Assembly (NCBI GenBank): GCA_965223845.1
Contig: CBDCXR010000004.1
Span: 2,048,001-2,112,000, forward strand
DNA: 64,000 nucleotides
Origin: Planctomycetota bacterium
GTDB lineage: Bacteria; Planctomycetota; UBA8108; SXIK01
Direction of reading: 5' to 3'
The notes below the pieces were generated by a model. It was not told the DNA's origin and did no database searches. It saw nothing but the letters and a program-made list of their open reading frames with translations. This document shows, piece by piece, positions 28,531 to 36,804 of the stretch. Numbering within the stretch: the first letter of the stretch is position 1; each line of letters begins with the position of its first letter. A program made the position numbers and the translations under genes.

Positions 28531-31284
28531 ATGACGGGTAGGAATCTAGCGGTTTTGGCGACAGTGGTGTTCTTCGGCGCGGCCACGCCGACCCATGCGT
28601 TCGAAGTCCTCGGCGTCGGAACGGAGTCCCTTCTCGGCGACGACCTCACGGACATAGACAACGACGGGGACCAACTGCTCTACGCCGCGCCGGACGAGCT
28701 CGGATTCTTCGACGCCGAGTTCTTCTCGAGCGACGAGCCGGGCTTCGAGGGGGGTGAGTTCGCGTTCAACGTCTTCGACAACATTCTCGGGCCGGGGAAC
28801 GACAAGTGGTGTTGTGGAACCTCGTTCCCGCAGATCGTCGGCGCCGATTTCCGCAACACGCACGACGCGTCGTTTCTCCTCACTCACTTCACCGTTTCGT
28901 CGGCGAACGACGTTCCGGAACGCGACCCGCGCGTCTGGACGATCGAAGGATCGAACGACGGCGAATGCTGGGAGACAATCTTCATCCAGAGCGATCCCGC
29001 CGCGAGCCTGTGGACCGAACGCCTTCAAGTCATCGAGTTTCGCGAAGGCGAGGATTACGACGAGCAGGAACGCGCGTACTCCATGTTCCGCATGGTGACG
29101 CTCGCGACGGGGCTCGCGGGCGGTGCGTTCTTTCAAATCGGCGAAATCGAGTTCTTCGGGGAAGAAGATGATCCGCCGGCCGACTGCATCGGAGCGCAGT
29201 GCACGGATTCGGTCGAAAACGTCACTTGCGCGTTCGGCCCGGTGGGGGACGGTGAAGGGATCACGGTGTCCTGGGACGAGACCTGCGAGTGCGAGGATCC
29301 GACGCTTCTCCTCATCGACGGCGCAGAGGTCGCATCGGTCGAGCCGGGGACGACGACCGCGGAGATCCCCGCCACGGAGTTCCCCGACGGAGTTTTCTCC
29401 GTAGAGGTGCGGAACTGTAGCGGATTCGGTACGACCTGTAGCGGCTTTAAGACGACGTCAACCGGGTACATCGTCGGGAACTCTTGGCTAGCTCTCGGTC
29501 CCTTCGCTACGCCCGTCGCCTGTGACGGTGACGAAACCCAGCTTCTCACGAACCATATCGGACCGGACGAGACGCTTCAGTGTCAGTTCCCGGCCGACGG
29601 CGACCCCGTCGAGGGGTATGAGCCGGGTGATCCACTCTTTCCGGATCCCGATCTCGCGTCGACGTTCGGCTACCACCCCGACGCCCCGACAGACGATGAC
29701 GGGAACCCGATTTGGCGGCCCTACCAGGACGCGACGCCGACCGACGCCGACCTCGACTTCGATTCGGACATCGCCGGCAATCTGAACGAGCACGTTCTCT
29801 TCATCGCGACGTGGGTCGAGAACACGAGCGACGAACCTATCGAGATCTCCGCTTGCTTCGGAAGCGACGACGATCCCCAGGCTTGGCTCGACGACCAGCT
29901 CATCTGGAGCACCCCGGCGTGTCGCGGTCGCGGGGACTGCAACGACCAGGTGTTCTTCACTCTCCCGCCCGGGGTCCACGTGATCAAGCTGGGCGCCTGG
30001 GAACAGGGCGGCGGCTGGGGTGTCCGCTTCAGCCTTCGCGATGCGGCGACGCTCGAGCCGATCGTGGACCTCGCGGACGGCCTCGTCGCTCTTCCGATCG
30101 GGGCCTCGCCGTTCAGCGAAGACATCATCTTCCACGGCCGAACCCGTCCCGAAGGATTCGAGGAGCCGGAGTGCGGTGATGGCTGCTCAACGGTCACCGA
30201 TCTCACCTGTGAGCGCGACGACGACGGCTCGGTCGAGCTCGTCTGGACGAATCCCGACGGTTGCGACAGCGAGATCCGCATCCTCGCGGGGAACGAGGAG
30301 CTCGCCGTCCTTCCCGCGGGATCGGATACGTTCGCGATCGACGGCGGCGACCTCGAGTCCGTCTCGACCCTTTCCGTCGACAACGGGTCGCTGGCGCCCG
30401 CGAGCTGCTCGCTCATCGAGTTCAGCGATCTCCTTCTCGGAAACGATCTCACCGATCTCGACGACGACGGCGACCCGATCCTCTACGCACCTCCGGACGA
30501 TTTCGGCCTCTTCGACGCAGAGTTCTTCTCGAGCGACGAACCGGGATTCGAAGGCGGCGAGTTCGCGTTCAACGTCTTCGACAACGTCGTCGGCGGTGGG
30601 AACGAGAAGTGGTGCTGCGGTACGGTTTTCCCGCAGATCGTCGGCGCGGATTTCTCCGAGTTCGATGGCCCGTTCCGGCTGACTCACTTCACGGTCGCTT
30701 CGGCCAATGATACGCCCGCGCGTGATCCACGCGTCTGGCGCATCGAGGGCTCGAATGACGGCGAAGAGTGGACGACGATCTATTCGCAGGACGATCCCAC
30801 GAGCGCGGTGTGGACCGCGCGCAATCAAGTCGCTGTCTTCCGCGGCGGTCGTGACTTCCCCGAGCAAACCGAAGCCTTCATGATGTTCCGAATGATCACG
30901 GAAGCGACGGGGCTCACGGCGGGAGCGTTTTTCCAAATCTCCGAGATCGAGCTCTTCGGCGATGAGGGCGGAGGCCCGGTGGGCGCATTGCTCCTACCCG
31001 GGGACGTCAACCTCGACCGAGGTTTCAACATCGCCGACATGATCGCACTCCTCAATTTCCTCTTCGGCGACGGAACCCTCGACGCGTGCCTCGCGGCTCC
31101 GGATGTCGAGCCCGCGGAGTACACGGCAGCGGGATTCGCCGTGATCGACTTCAACGGGGACGGCGGCGTGAACATCGCGGACGCGATCGGAGGGCTGAAT
31201 CGGCTCTTCGGAGACGGCGGGCCGCACGTGCTCGGACTCGAGTGCATCCGTCGCCCGGGGACGTGCGTTAACGCGTGTCCGTAA
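28531..31284 (+). CDS. Secreted acidic protein with two discoidin/F5-8-like domains, a PA14-like central region and a C-terminal dockerin-like module
   Basis: GGAGG RBS and signal peptide. Duplicated 'AFNVFDN...KWCC...SANDxPxRDPRVW.IEGSNDG...FQI.EIE.FG' domain. GSDD...WLD...H.IKL PA14-like segment. LPGDVNLD..FNIAD / DFNGDGGVNIAD. Confidence 0.82.
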   Translation: MTGRNLAVLATVVFFGAATPTHAFEVLGVGTESLLGDDLTDIDNDGDQLLYAAPDELGFFDAEFFSSDEPGFEGGEFAFNVFDNILGPGNDKWCCGTSFPQIVGADFRNTHDASFLLTHFTVSSANDVPERDPRVWTIEGSNDGECWETIFIQSDPAASLWTERLQVIEFREGEDYDEQERAYSMFRMVTLATGLAGGAFFQIGEIEFFGEEDDPPADCIGAQCTDSVENVTCAFGPVGDGEGITVSWDETCECEDPTLLLIDGAEVASVEPGTTTAEIPATEFPDGVFSVEVRNCSGFGTTCSGFKTTSTGYIVGNSWLALGPFATPVACDGDETQLLTNHIGPDETLQCQFPADGDPVEGYEPGDPLFPDPDLASTFGYHPDAPTDDDGNPIWRPYQDATPTDADLDFDSDIAGNLNEHVLFIATWVENTSDEPIEISACFGSDDDPQAWLDDQLIWSTPACRGRGDCNDQVFFTLPPGVHVIKLGAWEQGGGWGVRFSLRDAATLEPIVDLADGLVALPIGASPFSEDIIFHGRTRPEGFEEPECGDGCSTVTDLTCERDDDGSVELVWTNPDGCDSEIRILAGNEELAVLPAGSDTFAIDGGDLESVSTLSVDNGSLAPASCSLIEFSDLLLGNDLTDLDDDGDPILYAPPDDFGLFDAEFFSSDEPGFEGGEFAFNVFDNVVGGGNEKWCCGTVFPQIVGADFSEFDGPFRLTHFTVASANDTPARDPRVWRIEGSNDGEEWTTIYSQDDPTSAVWTARNQVAVFRGGRDFPEQTEAFMMFRMITEATGLTAGAFFQISEIELFGDEGGGPVGALLLPGDVNLDRGFNIADMIALLNFLFGDGTLDACLAAPDVEPAEYTAAGFAVIDFNGDGGVNIADAIGGLNRLFGDGGPHVLGLECIRRPGTCVNACP

Positions 31285-31322
31285 GCGACCCGAGTCGGCG
31301 CGCCTAGCGCGACGATCATCGT

Positions 31323-31362
31323 AAGCGAGCCGCTCTTCGAGCGAGGAGCGGCTCGCTTCTTG
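31323..31362 (+). terminator. Rho-independent terminator-like hairpin
   Basis: AAGCGAGCCGCTC...GAGCGGCTCGCTT followed by CTTG. Confidence 0.7.
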
Positions 31363-31672
31363 TTGTCACCAGTGGGTGATCCGTGCAAGCGAACGCGAAA
31401 CACGCGGCCGGACGGGGAACTCGCCCATCGGGAGATGGATCGGATCATGCGGCGGTGCATCGTCTCGTCCACCATTCCGCGCAGAATCTTGGCCGGCGAG
31501 GTCTCTCGGCCCTACACTCTGGAGTCGGGTTCGAAGGCGGAACGAGGCAACTCGGTCGGCATCGTCAGGCGAGCCGCGCCGTCATGCCGCCGATTCGAAT
31601 CCCTTGGACAGACGGGCCAAGTGCCGCACGGGAACGTGCGGCAAGCTTCCTCCACAAGATTCGAGACGAGCG

Positions 31673-32848
31673 ATGACGTTGTCGATACCTCGCGGGAAAA
31701 CGGTGCTTTTGCTCGCCCTAGCGGTCGTCCTCACTCGCGCCGGCGGCACCCTCGCGCAAGGGAATCGGGGAACGAAAAAGACTGCGTCGAAACCCGACGA
31801 CGTGAGCGAGCTCCTCGAGACGGTTCGCGAACGCTTCGACGTACCCGCCCTCGGCGGGGCGATCCTCGAGGGAGGGAAACTCGTCGCCGTCGGCGCAACG
31901 GGGCTCAGGAAATCTAGCGCCAAAGGAACGGTCACCGCGGCGGACCGGTGGCACATCGGCTCGTGCGGCAAGGCGATGTCCGCGACGCTCATCGCGTGTC
32001 TCGTCGAGAAGCGCAAGCTGAAGTGGGAGATCACGATCGGCCAGGCGTTTCCGAAGCTCCGAAAGAGCATGCAGCCTGAGTACCTCGAAGTGACGCTCGC
32101 ACAGCTCCTCGCCCATCGCGGCGGCATCACCGGAGATTTGGTGAACGAGCACCCCGCATTGTGGAGAAAGCTCCGCCTGCTCTCCGGCTCACCCCGCAGC
32201 GCTCGCAGCCTCCTCGTCAAGGAACTACTGAAGACGCCTCCGGTGGCGGAGCCGGGAACGAAGTTCATCTACTCGAACGCTGGTTACTCGATCGCCGGCG
32301 CCGTGGTGGAGCAGGTCCTGAGGAAGTCGTGGGAAGAGCTGATGGCCCGGGAGCTGTTCCGTCCGCTCGGAATGCGCAGTGCAGGATTCGGCGCGCCGAA
32401 GAATAAACAGCCTTGGGGTCATGCAGAGCCGTCGAAAGGCGGCGATCCCGTCGCCCCCGGACCGCTCGCAGACAACCCTGTCGCCCTGGCTCCCGCGGGC
32501 ACGATCCATTGTTCCTTGGAGGATTGGGGCCGCTTCGTCGCTCTACACGTTCGCGGTATCGAGGGAAAGAAGCAGCGATTCCTGTCGGAGGAGTCGCTCG
32601 AGAAGCTGCAGACGCCTCAAGGCGAATCGAAGTACGCACTCGGCTGGGTGACCGCAGAGCGCGAATGGGCCGGCGGGCGTGTCCTCTCTCACTCGGGCAG
32701 CAACACCATGTGGTTCGCGGTCGTTCGCGCCGCGCCGAAGCGGAAGTTCGCGATCCTGGTGACCGCGAATCAGGGCGGCCAGTCCGAGGCGTGCGACAAA
32801 GCAGTCGAGGCACTGCTCGAGTATTATCGCGAACGGGAGCGCAGCTGA
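31673..32848 (+). CDS. Secreted serine hydrolase, beta-lactamase class C / AmpC-like family
   Basis: Signal peptide, SxxK (GSCGK), LLAHRGG, YSN and HSGS motifs. Confidence 0.9.
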   Translation: MTLSIPRGKTVLLLALAVVLTRAGGTLAQGNRGTKKTASKPDDVSELLETVRERFDVPALGGAILEGGKLVAVGATGLRKSSAKGTVTAADRWHIGSCGKAMSATLIACLVEKRKLKWEITIGQAFPKLRKSMQPEYLEVTLAQLLAHRGGITGDLVNEHPALWRKLRLLSGSPRSARSLLVKELLKTPPVAEPGTKFIYSNAGYSIAGAVVEQVLRKSWEELMARELFRPLGMRSAGFGAPKNKQPWGHAEPSKGGDPVAPGPLADNPVALAPAGTIHCSLEDWGRFVALHVRGIEGKKQRFLSEESLEKLQTPQGESKYALGWVTAEREWAGGRVLSHSGSNTMWFAVVRAAPKRKFAILVTANQGGQSEACDKAVEALLEYYRERERS

Positions 32849-32986
32849 TCTCCGAACGCGCGTCGGGTTGGATCGAAACCGAACTTTCGTTTGATGGCGA
32901 GTTCGCGCTGGCCCCGAGCCCGGAGCCAAGCGCGACGTCCCCGCGAGACCGCGATTGCGCGGAAAGAGCCTGAGGGGACTAGCGCC

Positions 32987-34048
32987 TCAGCGTCCCTTCG
33001 TACGGGAGAAAAGGCGCCGCAAGTCGCCAAGCTCCGGCAACGCGAGCTGGCGATCGCGTGGGAGCCCGAGGCACCGCCCGGCGAGCCGCATCCACCCTCG
33101 GGGTCGTGGCAGCTCCCAGAGGGCGAGTCGACGATCACGGAGGATGCGGTCGAGTGTCCACGGTCGACCTTCGAACTCGCGCCCGAGGTCGAGCCCGCGA
33201 GGCGCCCACGCACTCTCTCGAGCGAGAAAGTCTGCGAGGCGCTGCAGATCTTCGGCCGCAGTCTCCGAGAGGGCGGAGACACGTTCGAGATCGATGTCCT
33301 CGCGACGCGCTTCGACGAGCAGCGCGAGATCGACAAACCAACCGAGGATGGGTCCCGTCGTATCCGCGTGCGAAGATGCGTGAACAAGGAGATGAACGAG
33401 AAGCGCGTTCGGCTCGAAGACGCGCACCCGGCGGGTGGCGAGTCGATCGGCCACGGCGACTTCGTAGAGTCGTTCCGCCGACTCAGATTCGAAGAGCCGA
33501 AACCGGTGGTGGACGTCGAACACGCCGCCGGCGGCGTCGGCGAACAGCGTCGCGTCCCGGCTGCGCTGAGCCACGGAGAACCCGAGCTCCACGAGCTCGG
33601 ACTCGGTCGCCTCACGCTCGTCCTCCTTAACGAGGAGATCGACGTCGCGCATGGTGCGCGCTCCCGGGTCGTCATAGACGAGGTGAACGAGCGCCGCGCC
33701 CTTGAGGAGCACGGGCGCGATACCACGGACGTAGAGCCGCTCGAGCACGGCGTCGAGTCGGGCGAATGCGAGTTCGTTCAATCGCCGAACTCGCTGGTAC
33801 GACCGAGACAGCGCAGAGCGAACATCGGGCGGAAGGATCTCGCCGGCCGCGCACTCCTTGAGCGTCGCCCACGCTCCCGCGACTAGGCGGTGCTCCGAGA
33901 GAAGCTGCACCCAACTCGACCACGCCGCCGCGTCGGCGCTCGCTCCGGCGTCGGCCCAACGCGTTTCGTCTGGAGAGCGGCGCTCGACGATTGCCGCGAG
34001 GACGAGTCGGAGGAGATCCTCCGCGGACTCACGCGTCGCGCGCGACAT
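32987..34048 (-). CDS. Nucleotidyltransferase family protein (NTP_transf_5-like)
   Basis: LLKGAAL...Y...R.M.DVDLLV, FDVHH, LVHLLVH...WFVDL. Overlaps the upstream gene by 20 bp. Confidence 0.88.
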   Translation of the reverse strand: MSRATRESAEDLLRLVLAAIVERRSPDETRWADAGASADAAAWSSWVQLLSEHRLVAGAWATLKECAAGEILPPDVRSALSRSYQRVRRLNELAFARLDAVLERLYVRGIAPVLLKGAALVHLVYDDPGARTMRDVDLLVKEDEREATESELVELGFSVAQRSRDATLFADAAGGVFDVHHRFRLFESESAERLYEVAVADRLATRRVRVFEPNALLVHLLVHASSHADTTGPILGWFVDLALLVEARREDIDLERVSALSETAAEDLQRLADFLARESAWAPRGLDLGREFEGRPWTLDRILRDRRLALWELPRPRGWMRLAGRCLGLPRDRQLALPELGDLRRLFSRTKGR

Positions 34049-34775
34049 CGACGTCGTCCGTCACCGCGTCGACGTAACCGAGATCGTAAAGCGTCCCCGC
34101 GATCGACAGCACGTCTCCTGCCACGTCGCGCTGATGCTCGCGGCCGAGCTGGTCACTGATCGCCCGGAGCGATCGCTTCGCATCGAAGAGAAGGAACACG
34201 GCTCGTGCGCTTTGATTGAGGACGCGCACCTCGGACGATCCCTCCCTGAGGAGCAGCAGCTCGACGTCCAGATCGCGGACAGTCACGCCGGAATTCGGCC
34301 TCAGCACGGAGTCAAAATCGAGCTCGGACACACACAACTCCCCAGGTTCAAATCCGGTCGCCGCCGGTGTTCCGAACCGCGGAACCCAGCGCCGGACCTT
34401 CCGCAAGAATCGTGTCCAAAGCGCGTCGATGACGGGAACGAGCTCCGCGCGACCGAACACGACGTCGGTGCTCGTCCACTCGTCGTCGAACGAGTTGCCA
34501 TCGCCGCGCGTAAGGCACTCCGGTCCCGAGTCCGTTTCCCGCAGCGCCTTTACTCGATGGACGACCACCGCGCGGCCGTTCCACAGCGTGACGATTTCGC
34601 CGACGATCGGGGGCGCGACGGAGCCGCGAACGAGGACCACTCCGCCAGCGGGGATCGTTGGCTCCATGCTTCGACCGCGGGTGCGGACCCGCGCGCGACC
34701 GCCGTAACTGCGGAAGCGAGAGAGGTTCGCGGGAAGATGGACCGGAGACTTCCTGACTACGCGCGCGGCTGACAT
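34029..34775 (-). CDS. S24/S26 signal-peptidase-like domain fused to a C-terminal PqqD/RRE domain
   Basis: GRSMEPTI (catalytic Ser), VVHRV, TRGDGN. C-terminal 'V.VRDLDVELLLL......VRVLNQSARAVF..FD..RSL..I...L...V..DV......L...GYV' fits the PqqD pattern. Confidence 0.85.
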   Translation of the reverse strand: MSAARVVRKSPVHLPANLSRFRSYGGRARVRTRGRSMEPTIPAGGVVLVRGSVAPPIVGEIVTLWNGRAVVVHRVKALRETDSGPECLTRGDGNSFDDEWTSTDVVFGRAELVPVIDALWTRFLRKVRRWVPRFGTPAATGFEPGELCVSELDFDSVLRPNSGVTVRDLDVELLLLREGSSEVRVLNQSARAVFLLFDAKRSLRAISDQLGREHQRDVAGDVLSIAGTLYDLGYVDAVTDDVDVARDA

Positions 34776-34906
34776 CGCTAGTCTCGCAGAGGCGACGGTA
34801 CCGGATCAGTCCTCCGGTCCACTCGGGGCGCGAAGTCGAACGCCCCGGGCGCGGGATGGAACCCGCGCGTCGCGCAGCGACGGCGGGAACAACTGCCGAT
34901 GGAAAC

Positions 34907-34946
34907 CGATCGCCTCCCGGAGGAATTCCTTTCCGGGAAGCGATCG
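34907..34946 (-). terminator. Stem-loop (leaky terminator or stabiliser) just 3' of the precursor peptide gene
   Basis: Minus strand CGATCGCTTCCCGGA-aaggaattcc-TCCGGGAGGCGATCG-GTTT: a 15-bp stem with one G:U pair. Confidence 0.7.
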
Positions 34947-34988
34947 CATACTGCCTCTAGGGATCTAATCTCTAGAGTTGCCCCGAGC

Positions 34989-35105
34989 TCAGAAGCTGAA
35001 GCAGCCGAACTCGACGCCTTCGAGAATCTCGCGCGCGTCGACGGTGTCGACGGACGGAGCTTCCCAATCGAAACGAGGTTCGATGCGTTCCACTCTTGCC
35101 TCCAT
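34989..35105 (-). CDS. Putative RiPP precursor peptide MEAR-VERIEPRFDWEAPSVDTVDAREILEGVEFGCFSF (38 aa, or 34 aa from GTG 35093)
   Basis: Hand-translated, below the ORF-track cutoff. WxxPxV leader motif, GGAGG 5 nt before GTG 35093, promoter upstream, stem-loop downstream, PqqD/peptidase gene next. Confidence 0.8.
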   Translation of the reverse strand: MEARVERIEPRFDWEAPSVDTVDAREILEGVEFGCFSF

Positions 35106-35146
35106 GGAAAACGGACGAGTAAAAGGATCCCCTTACGACAGGTGCA

Positions 35147-35176
35147 ATTGTCCGAGATGCCGGCTCCACTTGTCAA
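35147..35176 (-). promoter_or_regulatory. Sigma-70-type promoter for the precursor operon
   Basis: Minus strand TTGACA (35176-35171)-N18-GACAAT (35152-35147). Confidence 0.6.
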
Positions 35177-35246
35177 CGAAGCGAGGCTCGAGACCACGTG
35201 TCGGGTCGTTCGGTTCGCCTCGTGTTCGGTAACAGGAGATCGACGC

Positions 35247-36236
35247 TTGTCCACAGTTCGTTCCGCTGCGATTCCGGTCTTCGACGAGATCGTCCGGGTC
35301 GAGCTCGATGCGCCGGGCCTGGCGGCGACGTTGAGGCGAATCTACCCGAGAGCGACGGACGGGCGCGAGACCGACGTCCCGGTCATCGTGGCGCGCGTCG
35401 ACCGGGGAAACGCGGCATCGACCGAACGGCCGAACGGCCAAGGCTCCGGTAATCGATCGGGCGAATTCCGTGCCGAATTTCGGTTCGACCCCCCGGCGCC
35501 TCTGCGTGAGCTCTTCCCGCCGGAACTCGACGCTCGATTCGAGTGGGCCGACGGCCTCTGCGTGGACCGTAGCGCGGGAGTTCGCTTTCAGGAAACCGAA
35601 TGTGCGGTGATCGCCGAGGGACGCCCAGAGACCGCAACAGAAGTTCTCCTCTTTCACTACGCGCTCGCGCGACTTCGACGCCGCCGGCCGGAGACCGTCG
35701 TACTTCACGGGGCGGCGGTCGTCCACCCGCACGGTGGTGCGGTCATCCTCGTCGCGCCCTCGGGCGCGGGCAAATCGACGCTCACGACGGCGCTCTGCCG
35801 ACACGGTTGGGGCTTCTTTTCCGACGAGATCGTCGCGCTTCACGACGGCGTAGTTTTCGCCTATCCGCGGGCGATCGGTCTCCGCGACGGTGCGGAGTCA
35901 CTTCGCTCGTTCGAGCACGTTAGCGCCCGCGGTGAAACAAAGCACCTCGTCGATCCGCTCGACCTCGGCGCGACCGAAGCAGGAGCGTTCGCGCCACTTG
36001 CCGCCACTTTTCTGCTCGAATCGTTCGGGGAATCCGTCGAGCTGCAGCCGACCTCGCCGACTCTCCTCGCGTCGCGCATACTTCCTCACTGCTACACCGG
36101 GAGATCCGATCCCGCCGCACACCTCGTTCGGCTCGCTTCCACGATTCGCTCGAGTCGCGGAGCGATTCTCCGGCCCGGATCACCCGATGACACCGCGTCT
36201 CGCGTGAATGAGTGGATCGAGACAGTCGGGACATGA
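35247..36236 (+). CDS. HprK-related P-loop kinase
   Basis: AGGAG 8 nt before TTG 35247. VLHGAAV, APSGAGKSTL (Walker A), GWGFFSDE. The ORF-track start at 34899 would overlap the precursor gene antisense. Confidence 0.87.
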   Translation: MSTVRSAAIPVFDEIVRVELDAPGLAATLRRIYPRATDGRETDVPVIVARVDRGNAASTERPNGQGSGNRSGEFRAEFRFDPPAPLRELFPPELDARFEWADGLCVDRSAGVRFQETECAVIAEGRPETATEVLLFHYALARLRRRRPETVVLHGAAVVHPHGGAVILVAPSGAGKSTLTTALCRHGWGFFSDEIVALHDGVVFAYPRAIGLRDGAESLRSFEHVSARGETKHLVDPLDLGATEAGAFAPLAATFLLESFGESVELQPTSPTLLASRILPHCYTGRSDPAAHLVRLASTIRSSRGAILRPGSPDDTASRVNEWIETVGT

Positions 36237-36804
36237 TCGTGATCGGTTTCCGCCCCAAACATCGCTCTTACCTCGTGTGCTCGCGCGGCAACGGCGACTG
36301 CGGTTCGCAAGAACGTCTTATTGACCCTGTAGGCTCTATTCGCTTAGCGTGAGTGCCGAGGGCGAACAGACCACGGGTCGATTCGCTCGAGAAACAAGCC
36401 AAGGGTAGTCGCTCCGACCGCGGAGCGTTGGTTTGAAAGGGCATACGGTGGCAGTGTTTCGAGGGCAGCATTCTCGATCCCATCGCCTGGCGATGCATGG
36501 AGGGAGATCCGTGCCGACACGGACCGGTCCTCTGTGCGCTCGGCGTGCGGTCGAAGGTCGGCTGCTCCCCGCACCGCCGCGTGGCCGCGATTGGGTCGCC
36601 CCGAGGGGTTGAGGGCCCGGGGCGCACTTTCGGCGGAAGCCTCGCCGCCGAGAGTCGGAGAGGTAGAAAAGCGACCGTACGAGGACGCGCGTCGCAAGGG
36701 AGATACCGAGAAGGGGGTACTGCGGAACCTAAACCGAATGTTCGAAGTTGTGGGAGTCGCTGCTGGTTGCGACTCCGAATCCGGTTTCTTGGGAGCCTTT
36801 CGAT

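Noticed and set aside
31673-32848. Bona fide antibiotic-resistance beta-lactamase (also the MBL-fold gene at 55315-56229)
   Set aside because: The motifs only place them in broad serine-hydrolase and MBL-fold superfamilies, and there is no mobile context.
34899-35246. N-terminal extension of the HprK-like kinase given by the ORF track
   Set aside because: A good RBS precedes TTG 35247, and the extension overlaps the antisense precursor gene, its promoter and its stem-loop.
32987-36236. Canonical lasso peptide or PQQ biosynthesis cluster
   Set aside because: No asparagine-synthetase-like cyclase, no transglutaminase-like protease and no PqqB/C/E in the window. The peptide lacks the PqqA ExxxY motif.
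36350-36740. c-di-GMP or other known riboswitch
   Set aside because: I could not find the conserved core of any riboswitch class I know, so it is kept only as an unexplained long leader.
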